Positions 1 through 9,991 are shown, counted from the stretch's first letter. The stretch: DNA of 62,875 bases from Candidatus Woesearchaeota archaeon (GCA_964547875.1 CAZJPE010000004.1:30598-93472); one strand, 5' to 3'. Notes: generated from the letters alone by a model not told the origin. Numbers and translations are program-made.

Positions 1-239
1 AGTGTTTCATTTTTCCCGTTTATTTTTATTTTTGGAATCAATTCTTTATTATTGCTGAATATTTTGGCTCTTTTAATCTTCAGTTCTGATGAATTGAGAA
101 TTATTTTTACCGTTGGCTTTAGGATTTTTATTTCTATTTTTACTTTTCCCTTGAATGTGAAATTTTCTAAATCTGGCTCGAAAAATAGATTATAATTCAA
201 TGGATAGATTGATTTTGATAACATGGAATATTGTTTCAT
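1..239 (-). CDS. M1-family aminopeptidase, N-terminal part (runs off window start)
   Basis: Not in ORF track. Manual translation from ATG at 239 gives MKQYSMLSKSIYPLNYNLFFEPDLENFTFKGKVKIEIKILKPTVKIILNSSELKI, matching the P-x-x-Y-x-L...PDL..FTF.G.V.I start of M1 peptidases. Confidence 0.75.
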   Translation of the reverse strand, partial: MKQYSMLSKSIYPLNYNLFFEPDLENFTFKGKVKIEIKILKPTVKIILNSSELKIKRAKIFSNNKELIPKIKINGKNET

Positions 240-348
240 TATTTAGTCTATATTGAATAGTATTTAAAATTAATTTTTGTTCTTTATCGCTCCAAACAAA
301 ACTCAAGGGTTTGATAAAGTATTTAAAACTAATTTATGCTTTATTTTT

Positions 349-609
349 ATGGACGAAAGAGAGTTAAGGAAATATTTAGGGAATGTTCATGTAGGGGACG
401 AGGTTGAAATTGTTTACGAAGAAATTGGAAGATTGGGTTTTTCTGATAATAAAAAGACAAAGTGCAGAGGCTATGTTCTTATGATTGATAATGCTGATAT
501 TTATTTGTCGCTTAGAGATCCAATTGGACTCAAAGAGAGAAAATTCAGCAGGAAGATAGAGCATAATAGCGTTATTTCTTATAAGATGATAAGAAACGTT
601 GACGGCTAA
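349..609 (+). CDS. Small hypothetical protein (possible Sm/SH3-like beta fold)
   Basis: ATG at 349, about 25 nt after a TATA-like TTTAAAA; 86 aa. Confidence 0.5.
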   Translation: MDERELRKYLGNVHVGDEVEIVYEEIGRLGFSDNKKTKCRGYVLMIDNADIYLSLRDPIGLKERKFSRKIEHNSVISYKMIRNVDG

Positions 610-1233
610 CTAGGCGGCTTGTCTTAGATTATAGCCTACTCTTGCTGCAGCGTAGGCGTCTGCTTGGTCCTCGCCAGAGCCATAGATTGAGTGATATTCT
701 TCGTGATAATAGACAAATCTTTCCACATCTTTTGAGAGATTGTTCGCTATATAGATTGTGTGAGTTGATGGGGTATACATTCCAAGAACATTTTCAGGCA
801 ATGCCGAGGGATTAACATAAAAAACATTTGCCTTGCTTTGCGGATTTATATGATGGTCTGTGCTTTCTGAGATTAGATATTCTAGATAATTATAAAGTTT
901 TTTATTATGCTTATTTTTGTAATTGCTAGGAATTATATATTTTTCATTGTTTTCCTGTAATTTTTCTTCTAAATTGCTTTTATAATTTCTTTCTTTATTG
1001 ATTTGCTCTTCTAATTTTTCTTTCATTTTTTCTATTAATGCCTCTAAGTTATTTTTATAATTTTCTTGAGCTTCTTGATTTTCTAATTCTTTGTTTTCAT
1101 TTTCATTTTCTGGGTATTTTAGCGTAATGTTTATTTGGTATTCTTGCAAATAGACAGAATAGACATTGTAATTATTTCTTGGTTTTTCTCCCTGCTTTGT
1201 TCTCTCTATTGGAAATTTTATTATTTCTGGCAT
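610..1233 (-). CDS. Coiled-coil protein with C-terminal ImmA/IrrE-like HExxH metallopeptidase domain
   Basis: GMY...TIYIANNLS...RFVYYHEEYH...EDQADAYA; start moved to ATG 1233 because the longer ORF overlaps proS. Confidence 0.65.
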   Translation of the reverse strand: MPEIIKFPIERTKQGEKPRNNYNVYSVYLQEYQINITLKYPENENENKELENQEAQENYKNNLEALIEKMKEKLEEQINKERNYKSNLEEKLQENNEKYIIPSNYKNKHNKKLYNYLEYLISESTDHHINPQSKANVFYVNPSALPENVLGMYTPSTHTIYIANNLSKDVERFVYYHEEYHSIYGSGEDQADAYAAARVGYNLRQAA

Positions 1234-1320
1234 GCTTGTTTTTGCATCTTTGAGATTATAAATATTTTGATAAAGTTTGAAAAGGCGAAGATTTAATAAA
1301 CTTATTTCATAGATTAATTC

Positions 1321-2784
1321 ATGAGTAAAGAAGCTAAAGGCGAAAGAGATAATAAGGGTATAAGCGTTAAGAAAGATGAGAATTTTTCTGATTGGTATAG
1401 TGAGATTGTGCAGAAGGCTGAATTGGCCGATTTGAGATATAATGTAAAAGGCTTTTTGGTCTATCAACCTTGGAGCGTGTTAGTTATGGAAAAGATGTAT
1501 GATTATATGGAGAAGGCTTTACAAAAAAAAGGACATAAACCTTATTTTTTCCCTTCTGTAATTCCAGAAAGTAATTTAAAGAAAGAGAGTAGCCATATTG
1601 TTGGATTTATTCCAGAGGTCTTTTGGGTTACCGAGGCAGGGAATAGCAAGCTTGATGAGAGGTTAGCGTTGAGGCCAACTTCGGAAACTGCTTTTTATCA
1701 GATGTTTAGTATTTGGATTAGAAGCTATAAAGACCTGCCATTTAAGACTTATCAGAGAGCTAATGTTTTTAGATATGAAACTAAAGCCACAAGGCCTTTT
1801 TTGAGAAGTAGGGAATTTCATTGGATCGAGACCCATTGCGTCCATGAAACAGAGGGAAATGCTATGAAACAGGTAAGAGAAGATATGGAAACAACTAGAG
1901 AAGTCTTGCATGATGTTTTTGGTTTGCCCTTCATTTTCTTTGAAAGACCAGAGTGGGATAAGTTTCCAGGCGCGCAAAGGACATTTGCAGCAGATGTTTT
2001 GAATCCAGATGGGAGAGTGGTACAACAACCTTCAACTCATTTATTATCACAGGCATTTTCTAAAGGTTTTAATGTTATTTATAAGGATAAAGATGGAAAG
2101 GATAAACATGGATGGATTACCTGCTATGGGCCTGCTATATCAAGAATATTTGCTAGTGTTGTCATTACTCATGGCGATGATAAAGGGCTTAGATTTCCTT
2201 GGAAGATCGCACCTTTGCAGGTAGTAATTGTGCCTGTCAATGATGATAAAAAATTAATTGATAAGGCTGAAAGATTGAAGAAAGAAATTGGGAAATTTGC
2301 TTCTGTTGAAGTAGACTTAAGCCAAAAGAGTGCTGGAGAGAAATTTAATTATTGGGAGATGAAAGGAGTTCCTGTAAGAATTGATGTCGGATTGAAAGAT
2401 TTAGAAAAGAAAAAATTAACCATTTTTAGGAGAGATTTAAATAAAAAAGAACTTATAGATAATAAGGAAGTCATTGAGCATATTCATAAAGTTGCCGAAG
2501 AGTGTGGAAAGAATTTGATAAAGCGGGCGGAAAAGGTTTTTGAAGGAAGGATAAAAAATGCTAGAAGTAAAGACGAGATTAAGAAAGCGATTGAGCAGGG
2601 AATGATTGTGAGATGCAATTTTTGTTCTACTGGTAAGGAGGGGATTAAATGTGGGGAATTTTTTGAGAAAGAGATTGGAGCTAGTGTTAGAGGCACTTCA
2701 TTGGAAGAGGAAAAGGTAAGTGGAAATTGTATAATTTGTGGAAGAAAAGCTGGAAAAGTGGTTTATGTTGCTAGACAGTACTAG
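1321..2784 (+). CDS. proS: Prolyl-tRNA synthetase, archaeal/eukaryotic type
   Basis: LRPTSET, FRYETKATRPFLRSREFHW, C-terminal Zn site and ARQY end. Confidence 0.97.
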   Translation: MSKEAKGERDNKGISVKKDENFSDWYSEIVQKAELADLRYNVKGFLVYQPWSVLVMEKMYDYMEKALQKKGHKPYFFPSVIPESNLKKESSHIVGFIPEVFWVTEAGNSKLDERLALRPTSETAFYQMFSIWIRSYKDLPFKTYQRANVFRYETKATRPFLRSREFHWIETHCVHETEGNAMKQVREDMETTREVLHDVFGLPFIFFERPEWDKFPGAQRTFAADVLNPDGRVVQQPSTHLLSQAFSKGFNVIYKDKDGKDKHGWITCYGPAISRIFASVVITHGDDKGLRFPWKIAPLQVVIVPVNDDKKLIDKAERLKKEIGKFASVEVDLSQKSAGEKFNYWEMKGVPVRIDVGLKDLEKKKLTIFRRDLNKKELIDNKEVIEHIHKVAEECGKNLIKRAEKVFEGRIKNARSKDEIKKAIEQGMIVRCNFCSTGKEGIKCGEFFEKEIGASVRGTSLEEEKVSGNCIICGRKAGKVVYVARQY

Positions 2785-3009
2785 ACCCGTCATAATTTCG
2801 ATACATAGGTCTTCTATTTTTGTAAAGCCATGATTTAGCATAATGTATAGGCAAATCCAATTTTTTTGAATTTTGTAGGATAAAAGATAAATAGCCTCTA
2901 TCTATAAAAATGCAGATTTTTGTTTTATATAATGTTTTAGAATTTTTATTTCATTAATTCATCTTAACTTTATAAAAAGGATTAAAAAGATAGTCTTTCT
3001 TTTAGAGAT

Positions 3010-4281
3010 ATGGCAGAGCTTAACTTTCATCCTGGAGATAGAGTTAGATTAAGATTGGCTCTTGAGGAGTTAGATGGGGTTGTTTTAGAGAGCTCTGATG
3101 CAGGCGTTTTACTTTTGAAATTGGATTCTGGCTATAATATTGGAATTCCCAAAGAAAATATTTTAGCTGGGAGAGTTTTAAAGAGGTTTAATGAAGAGAA
3201 AGGGAAATTTCCCTTGCCTGAACAAAAGAAGGATTTGAAAAGTATAGGACTAATAATTACTGGAGGGACGATTGCCTCCAAATTAGATCCTAAAACTGGG
3301 GGAGTAAAACATTTGACTGGAATTGAGGAATTTGCCAGATTTTATCCTGAATTGTTTGAGGTTGTGAATGTTAAGAAGATTGAGATGCCTTTTATGATAG
3401 CCTCTGAATCGATGACTAGCGAGCACTGGAGCAAAATTGCCAAAAGCGTTGAGAAGATCTTGGAGGATTCAGATATTAGCGGAGTGATTGTGACTCATGG
3501 CACTGACTTTTTGGGGTATACTGCTGCTGCCTTATCTTTCTTTTTGCGTAATTTGGGCAAGCCAGTTGTACTCACATACTCGCAGAAAAGTATTGATAGG
3601 GCTTCTAGCGACGCTAGTCTTAATTTAGAGTGTGCTGCGAGAATGGCTATTTCAGACGCTGCAGGAGTATTTGTAGTCGGGCATGCTTCAATTAATGACG
3701 ATTTCTGCTATGCCCTGCTTGGAGCGAAAACGAGAAAGATGCACAGTTCAAGAAGAGACGCTTTTAAGGTTGTTAATTCAGAGCCAATTGCTAAGGTTTG
3801 GAAAGATAAAGTTGAATTTCTTAGCGCTTATAAAAAAAGAGACGAAGAAAAGAGGATTGAGCTCGATGTTAATTTTAATGATAAAGTTGCACTTATTAAA
3901 TTTTATCCAGGGCAGGATGCAAGCATTTTGGATTTTTATGCTTTAAAACATAAAGGGATTGTTATTGAGGCTGCTGGATTAGGACATCTTCCTGTGACAG
4001 AGGCTTCTCATAATTGGATTCCTAGATTGAAAAAGCATATTAAAAACGGATTTATTGTTTGCGCCGCCGCCCAGACAATTTATGGAAGATTGGACCCTCT
4101 TGTTTATTCTAATGGTAGGGAATTAGTTGATGCTGGCGTTATATTTTTAGACGATATGCTGGCTGAAACTGCGTTGGTAAAATTGGGCTGGGTTTTGGGG
4201 CATCGTGGTTGGATTACTAGGGTCAAGGAAAAAATGCTTGAGAATTTTAGCGGAGAGATTGGCGAGAGATTAACCGTTTGA
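3010..4281 (+). CDS. gatD: Glu-tRNA(Gln) amidotransferase subunit D
   Basis: N-terminal KLDSGYNIG domain, asparaginase motifs TGGTIAS and HGTD, SQKSIDRASSD. Confidence 0.95.
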   Translation: MAELNFHPGDRVRLRLALEELDGVVLESSDAGVLLLKLDSGYNIGIPKENILAGRVLKRFNEEKGKFPLPEQKKDLKSIGLIITGGTIASKLDPKTGGVKHLTGIEEFARFYPELFEVVNVKKIEMPFMIASESMTSEHWSKIAKSVEKILEDSDISGVIVTHGTDFLGYTAAALSFFLRNLGKPVVLTYSQKSIDRASSDASLNLECAARMAISDAAGVFVVGHASINDDFCYALLGAKTRKMHSSRRDAFKVVNSEPIAKVWKDKVEFLSAYKKRDEEKRIELDVNFNDKVALIKFYPGQDASILDFYALKHKGIVIEAAGLGHLPVTEASHNWIPRLKKHIKNGFIVCAAAQTIYGRLDPLVYSNGRELVDAGVIFLDDMLAETALVKLGWVLGHRGWITRVKEKMLENFSGEIGERLTV

Positions 4282-4291
4282 TTGGAGAGAA

Positions 4292-4723
4292 ATGAGAATA
4301 AGAAATGCTACAATTGATGACAAGGATTTTATTAAGGAATTAGATAAAGAAAATATGTCTTCAATTATAGAGTTTCATGGTGAAAAATATAAAAGTTATA
4401 TGTTTGATTCTTTTAAGCCAAAAAATTGTTTTATAATAGAAGATGACAAACTAATAGGATTTGTTTATTTTGGCATCATGGGAAATAAATTAGATATATG
4501 GAGCATTCAAATAAAAAAAAGTTTGTGGGGAAAGGGTTTTGGAAAGAAACTTATGAAATATATTCTTGATTTTGCTGTTAAAAAGAAATTAAAAAAAGTT
4601 GTTCTTGAGGTTAATAAAAATAATAATAAAGCCATAAGATTTTATGAAAGATTAGGATTTGAAAAAATTAATTCTAAAAAAATTAATAAAATAGCATTTG
4701 AATATATTATAAAAATAAATTAG
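4292..4723 (+). CDS. GNAT acetyltransferase
   Basis: WGKGFGKKLM acetyl-CoA loop; NNKAIRFYERLGF. Confidence 0.9.
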   Translation: MRIRNATIDDKDFIKELDKENMSSIIEFHGEKYKSYMFDSFKPKNCFIIEDDKLIGFVYFGIMGNKLDIWSIQIKKSLWGKGFGKKLMKYILDFAVKKKLKKVVLEVNKNNNKAIRFYERLGFEKINSKKINKIAFEYIIKIN

Positions 4724-4824
4724 ATATTATTCATAAGGCACGATAGTCAAATAAGATAATTTTGTTATAACTATAAAAGAGTTAAAATAGAAAGATTTAA
4801 ATAGATATTTTGAGTCTATTTTTT

Positions 4825-5544
4825 ATGCACAAAAGAAAAAACAAAGATGGATTGTATGAAGTTGTAAAAAGATACTTTGAGCCCAGCGCGGGGCAGATTC
4901 CGGTTTTGCTAGTGGATACAGGAACATTAATAGATTTTGAAGAGCGTGCTAAAGAAGAAAAATCCAGAGAAGCCCCCCATAGAATTGCCGGAAAACTTTT
5001 TAATGATATTGGCAGTTTAGCTAGCTATGTGGTGTTTCCCAGGGGCATTTATGACGAGATAGTGGAGCATCATTGTAAAAGCAAGAAGAATGGCAAGTCT
5101 GAAATAGGGGAAGAGACATGTAATCTTGTAAGGGATTATAGCGCGAATTCTGAGAAAATCTTAGAAGCTACCCGCTTTGATTATCATTATAGCGAGCCCT
5201 ATAAGAATGAGGTAGATAAGCTTCAAGAATTAGTTGAGCATCTGCATAGAGAGGTTAATGGCGACATAAGGGGCGGAAAAAAGATTGATAGAGACCCTAT
5301 TTCTCAGAACGATTTGGAATTGCTTAATACTGCAATTAGATTTGCTGTCAAATCCTTATTTGAATTTCGCCTTCGTCAAGAAGAGAGCGGAGATGTGGCT
5401 TCTGATATAGAAGGGACTTATAGAATTGCAGTAGTATCTCCTGACTCACATATTTACAGACCTTTAAATGCGCTTATTACAAGAGCGGAGGGTGTTTCTT
5501 ATAGGGATTATCTCCAAGCATTTAATCCAAGAGAATATAATTAA
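4825..5544 (+). CDS. PIN-domain ribonuclease (large, Nob1-like motif spacing)
   Basis: Acidic tetrad in PIN order: LLVDTG, IYDEI, ISQNDLELL, VVSPDSHI; TATA-like TTTAAATA about 25 nt upstream. Confidence 0.7.
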   Translation: MHKRKNKDGLYEVVKRYFEPSAGQIPVLLVDTGTLIDFEERAKEEKSREAPHRIAGKLFNDIGSLASYVVFPRGIYDEIVEHHCKSKKNGKSEIGEETCNLVRDYSANSEKILEATRFDYHYSEPYKNEVDKLQELVEHLHREVNGDIRGGKKIDRDPISQNDLELLNTAIRFAVKSLFEFRLRQEESGDVASDIEGTYRIAVVSPDSHIYRPLNALITRAEGVSYRDYLQAFNPREYN

Positions 5545-6408
5545 ATGGTTCAGGAAATGACGAGTAATGTGGAAAAGAATTTTAAGTTTATGCATGTTCG
5601 AGAGTATGGCGGGGCAGAACGCTCCCATGGAGGCCTTTTTGTATACGAGAAAATTGATGGAGGGAATTGTTCTGTGAGGAAGGAGGATGGCATTCTAGTT
5701 CCTTATAGCAGATCCAGAAGATTGACTTCTCAAGATTTGGGATCTTTTTATTTTCTAAATCTTTTTAATTGGGTTCATTCAGTTCCAGCTCTTCAGCATT
5801 TACCTGAAGATAAAATATTATGCGGGGAATGGACTCATTACGGTTTTGGACATATTTGCTACAATCCTGAATATATGGAGAGATTTTTTCTTTTGGGTGT
5901 TTATGATAAAAATGAGGGAAGATATTTGCATCCAGATAAATCTAGTGAACTTGTAAATAGTTTGGATATGGAGAGTAATGTTGTTAGACTGCCTATTCTG
6001 CGTAGTGGCAATATTAACAATGAGATAGCTGACGAATTGGTACAGAGCAAGAGCGACTTTTATGATGGTCTAAAAGAGGGCATTGTTATCCATAAATATC
6101 ACGATACTTTTAAGAATGGTTTACGTATGGAGAAGTACTTTAGCCCTGAATTTCGTGAAATAGATTATGGCGGAAAGGGGATTGATAAGTACATTACAAA
6201 GAGAAGGCTAATCAAAGCAGCTCAAAATTTACGTACGCATGGAAAACGCCTTAATTTTGGAAATGTTGTTGGTGCAGCTGCCAACGATATATTAAGGGAT
6301 ATTAAGGATTATAAGAGAGAGGAACTAATTGCGGCATTTCAGACGCCTGAAATTGAGTCTTTATTCAATGAGAAGATTTTTCCTCTTTTTCAAATAAATA
6401 GAGGATAA
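5545..6408 (+). CDS. ATP-dependent RNA ligase (Rnl2-like nucleotidyltransferase)
   Basis: Motif I EKIDGGN, III CGEW, IIIa FFLLGVYD, IV EGIVI, V EKYFSPEFRE; helical C-terminal domain; no recognisable OB domain. Confidence 0.85.
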   Translation: MVQEMTSNVEKNFKFMHVREYGGAERSHGGLFVYEKIDGGNCSVRKEDGILVPYSRSRRLTSQDLGSFYFLNLFNWVHSVPALQHLPEDKILCGEWTHYGFGHICYNPEYMERFFLLGVYDKNEGRYLHPDKSSELVNSLDMESNVVRLPILRSGNINNEIADELVQSKSDFYDGLKEGIVIHKYHDTFKNGLRMEKYFSPEFREIDYGGKGIDKYITKRRLIKAAQNLRTHGKRLNFGNVVGAAANDILRDIKDYKREELIAAFQTPEIESLFNEKIFPLFQINRG

Positions 6409-6438
6409 TTTTAATAACTACCTTTTTGTTTATTTTTC

Positions 6439-7890
6439 ATGGATTATTTGAAATTAGGATTAAAGGCAGGCTTAGAGATTCATCAGCAGTTAGATGTCGG
6501 CAGAAAGTTGTTTTGTAGATGCCCTGCTTTTTTAAGAAGCGAAGAGCCTGATTTTTTTGTTAGGAGGAAATTGCATGCTGTTCCTGGAGAGAGCGGCGAG
6601 GTTGATATGGCTGTTGAATATGAGGCAGGACTCGGAAAGGAATTTGTTTATCAGGGATATAATGATAATAATTGTTTGGTCGAACTTGATGAATCGCCTC
6701 CTTATGAGGTAAATGAAGGAGCTTTAGACGAAGCTTTGAAGATTGCATTGCTTTTGAATTGCGAGATTTATCCTATAACGCAGATAATGAGAAAGACAGT
6801 TATTGATGGCTCAAATACAAGCGGATTTCAGAGAACGATCTTAATTGCTCATGATGGTTTTGTTGAGACCTCGTTTGGGAAAATTGGCATTGCGACAATT
6901 ATGCTTGAGGAGGATTCTGCGAGGATTCTAGAGAAGAGCGGAAATAGCGCTATTTACAGATTGGACAGATTAGGGATTCCTCTTGTTGAGATAGGGACTA
7001 TGCCTGATTTGAGAACTCCAGAGCAGATTAAGGAAACGGCATTGAAGTTAGGGGAGATTCTTCGGGCTTGCAGGGTTAAAAGAGGTATTGGAACTATAAG
7101 GCAAGATTTGAATATTTCTGTCAAAGGACATAATAGGGTTGAAATTAAGGGCTTTCAAGAGCCGAGGATTATGCTTAAGACTATTGAGCTTGAAGTTGAA
7201 AGGCAATTGGGAGAGTTGAAAAATAATAATAAGGAAGGAGGTGTTAGAAATGTTTTGGATGATGGAAAGACTGAATTTTTAAGGCCCATTCCAGGGGGAG
7301 CGAGGATGTATCCTGAAACTGATTTGCCTCTGCTGAAAATTGGCAGAGAGAGAATTAATAGGATTAAGAAGGAATTGCCGAGATTGAAGCAAGATATAAG
7401 AGATGAATTAAGGAAGAAAGGGCTAAGCGAAGAGCTAATTAATTTAGTTTTGGCCGATAAGGAGAGTTTTGATGAGTTTAATGTTTTAATAAGCGTTTAT
7501 GATAAGGACGCTAATTTAGCTGCTAAGATGATAACTTTATGGAGACAGGAATTTGCTTCTAAGAGTGGGAAGGATTTTGATGAAATTAAAGATATTTTAA
7601 ATGAAAGGGTTTTGGAGCAGGTATTAGAGCATGTTCGCGATGGAAAATTAGATAAGGGGCATGTTAAAGAGGTTTTATGGAATATTTTACAAGGGAAAAA
7701 GATTGAAGAGGCATTGCATGTTGAAAAGGTTGAAAATAACGAATTAGAGGAGAGGATTAGGAAGATTGTCAAGGAAAAGCCCGGGCTTAGAGAAAACGCT
7801 TATATGGGCTTAGTGCTCAAGGAATTTGGGAATAAGGTTGATAAGAGAAAGGCGATGGAACTTATTAAGAGGATTTTGCGGAGCAAATAA
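6439..7890 (+). CDS. gatE: Glu-tRNA(Gln) amidotransferase subunit E, lacking the AspRS-like (GAD) insertion
   Basis: GLEIHQQL, DGSNTSGFQRT, RGIGTIRQD, ARMYPETD; only 483 aa. Confidence 0.95.
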   Translation: MDYLKLGLKAGLEIHQQLDVGRKLFCRCPAFLRSEEPDFFVRRKLHAVPGESGEVDMAVEYEAGLGKEFVYQGYNDNNCLVELDESPPYEVNEGALDEALKIALLLNCEIYPITQIMRKTVIDGSNTSGFQRTILIAHDGFVETSFGKIGIATIMLEEDSARILEKSGNSAIYRLDRLGIPLVEIGTMPDLRTPEQIKETALKLGEILRACRVKRGIGTIRQDLNISVKGHNRVEIKGFQEPRIMLKTIELEVERQLGELKNNNKEGGVRNVLDDGKTEFLRPIPGGARMYPETDLPLLKIGRERINRIKKELPRLKQDIRDELRKKGLSEELINLVLADKESFDEFNVLISVYDKDANLAAKMITLWRQEFASKSGKDFDEIKDILNERVLEQVLEHVRDGKLDKGHVKEVLWNILQGKKIEEALHVEKVENNELEERIRKIVKEKPGLRENAYMGLVLKEFGNKVDKRKAMELIKRILRSK

Positions 7891-7900
7891 TAATATTAAA

Positions 7901-8305
7901 TTATTCAAATTCCAATAATTCTATTATGTCTTTTGTTGTTATTATTTTTGTTATATCTTGATTTTTTAATGATTTATCGTTTGTCCATAATGGAATTTTT
8001 AATTTCATTGCTAGTGCCATGTATTCTATGTCCTTTTCGTCTTTTATAATATCTTTGCATTTTTGCATTTGTTCTTTATATTCTTTTAAATCAATAAAAT
8101 TTATTCTTGTATTTAGTATATCTATAAAAGAATTAAAATCTTTTAGATTTGCTTTTTTTAGTATGTCTTCTTTATATTTCATTATTTCTTTCTTCGCAAA
8201 TTCTGGTGAAAATAAACTTAATGGAAAGTTAGCAATTAAATATCTTGTTTTTGATAAAGGGTTCGCTATTGAGAATAGAATATTTGCGTTTATTACTAAC
8301 TCCAT
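7901..8305 (-). CDS. VapC/PIN toxin with first catalytic Asp replaced by Asn
   Basis: LVINANIL, DEKDIEYMALA, LWTNDK. Confidence 0.85.
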   Translation of the reverse strand: MELVINANILFSIANPLSKTRYLIANFPLSLFSPEFAKKEIMKYKEDILKKANLKDFNSFIDILNTRINFIDLKEYKEQMQKCKDIIKDEKDIEYMALAMKLKIPLWTNDKSLKNQDITKIITTKDIIELLEFE

Positions 8306-8551
8306 TTAAACTATTATACCCTTATTTTTTAGTTCTTTTAATCTTTCTGCTTTCATTTTTCTTCCCATTTCAACTGTCCAGTTAGTGAATTCTTCTTCTT
8401 TTTTTAATTGCTTGAGCATTTCCTCTTTCCAAGATAATTCTTGTACTTTTTTCTCGATTATTTTTCTAACTAAAGCAGACCAATTTATCTCATCATATTG
8501 CTTCATTTTTTTTCTTATTTCTTCTGGAATAGATAATGTTATGCTTACCAT
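8306..8551 (-). CDS. Ribbon-helix-helix antitoxin
   Basis: MVSITLSIPEE...INWSALVR; directly upstream of the PIN gene. Confidence 0.85.
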   Translation of the reverse strand: MVSITLSIPEEIRKKMKQYDEINWSALVRKIIEKKVQELSWKEEMLKQLKKEEEFTNWTVEMGRKMKAERLKELKNKGIIV

Positions 8552-8668
8552 TTTTACTTTAGTTGATTTATGTATAAAAACATAATTACGTTTAAATATT
8601 TAAAGCTTTCGATTTTTAGACTTTTAGTTAAGAGGATTTTACAATAAGTTTTTGGAATTAAGATTTAA

Positions 8669-9901
8669 TTACCCTAGCCAATGTTCTTTTAGTTTTTTAA
8701 AACTACCATTGCCTGCGATTATACTTTGCCTGATCTGGCTTGTGAGATTTAGCATGAAATAGACGTTATGAATTGTTGCTAATCTGCCATACTGCATTTT
8801 TATTTCTTTATTGTCTTTTTCCTGAAACATTTGCTTGTACAAAGCCCTTATTTCTGATTTTGAATAGTTTTGGCAAGTCTGACACAAGCAATTTTTATCT
8901 ATTGGAGTTTTATCTTCTTTGTAAATAGATTTTGCTATGTCTATTCTGAATTTGTTTTCTAAAGTGCCGCCTGCCCTTGGAGTGACATAAAGACTTCCAT
9001 GTCTTGCTATGCGAGTCATTTCAACACAGTCAAATGTATCAATGCCTCTTTCAACGCATTCAAAGACATCGTCTATCCAACCTATGCCGAGCATGTGCCT
9101 TGGACGAGCGTCTAATTCAGGAGTTATCCAATCTAGGATTTTATGCATGTCTTTTTTAGTTCTTCCTAAGGAACCGCCAATTGCTATGCCTTCAAACGGA
9201 AGGGAATTGATAAATCGTGCAGATTCTAATCTTAAATCTTTGAACCAGCCCCCGTGAATAATTCCATAAAGAGCTTGAGATTGGTTGTGATATTTTAGGG
9301 ATTCTAATTCCCATCTATGAGAGCGCTCCATTGACTCTTTGATATACACTCTATTGGAACTTGGAGAGGTGCATTCGTCAAATGCGAAAATTATGTTAGA
9401 GCCCAAATTAGATTGTATTTGCATTGATTCTTTAGGGCCTATGAAATGCTCTGTTTTGTCATATTTAGATTTGAAGAGCACGCCGTTTTCAGTTATTTTG
9501 ACATTGTTCTCGCCTATATTTGATTGAATTTTTTCTCCAGGGAAAAATCCGATTTTTCTTATGCTTTGTTCTTTACCTAGACCGAGCGAGAACACTTGAA
9601 ATCCTCCAGAATCTGTAAATATGGGCTTGTGGAATTTCATCATATTGTGCAGACCGCCTTGTTGTTTTATTTTTTCATCGCCGGGATTAAGATGTAGATG
9701 ATATGTATTTGCCAGTAGGCACTGGGTTTGCAGAGATTCTATATCTTTTAGGGAGAGTGCCTTTATCTCGCCCCGCGTTGCCACTGGAATTAAATAAGGT
9801 GTTTCTATATCTCCGTGTCTTGTTTTAATAATGCCGGCTCTTGCTTTAGTTTTATTATCTTTTGCTACTATCTCAAATTTTATCGGCGAGTTAACTCTCA
9901 T
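8669..9901 (-). CDS. tgt: Bacterial-type tRNA-guanine(34) transglycosylase
   Basis: NTYHL, TDSGGFQVFSL, FDEC, RPRHMLGIG, DTFDC, CxCxxC...H zinc site; start at ATG 9901. Confidence 0.93.
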   Translation of the reverse strand: MRVNSPIKFEIVAKDNKTKARAGIIKTRHGDIETPYLIPVATRGEIKALSLKDIESLQTQCLLANTYHLHLNPGDEKIKQQGGLHNMMKFHKPIFTDSGGFQVFSLGLGKEQSIRKIGFFPGEKIQSNIGENNVKITENGVLFKSKYDKTEHFIGPKESMQIQSNLGSNIIFAFDECTSPSSNRVYIKESMERSHRWELESLKYHNQSQALYGIIHGGWFKDLRLESARFINSLPFEGIAIGGSLGRTKKDMHKILDWITPELDARPRHMLGIGWIDDVFECVERGIDTFDCVEMTRIARHGSLYVTPRAGGTLENKFRIDIAKSIYKEDKTPIDKNCLCQTCQNYSKSEIRALYKQMFQEKDNKEIKMQYGRLATIHNVYFMLNLTSQIRQSIIAGNGSFKKLKEHWLG

Positions 9902-9991
9902 GCAATTGCTGATTTTATTGGCTTGATAAAGCTTTTGATTTTTTGGATTTTGGAGAGAAAGGATTAAAAATCTTGTTTTTCTTTCAGAGTT

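Noticed and set aside
1234-1467. N-terminal extension of the 285-aa ORF
   Set aside because: Overlaps proS antisense and its promoter; ATG 1233 is more plausible
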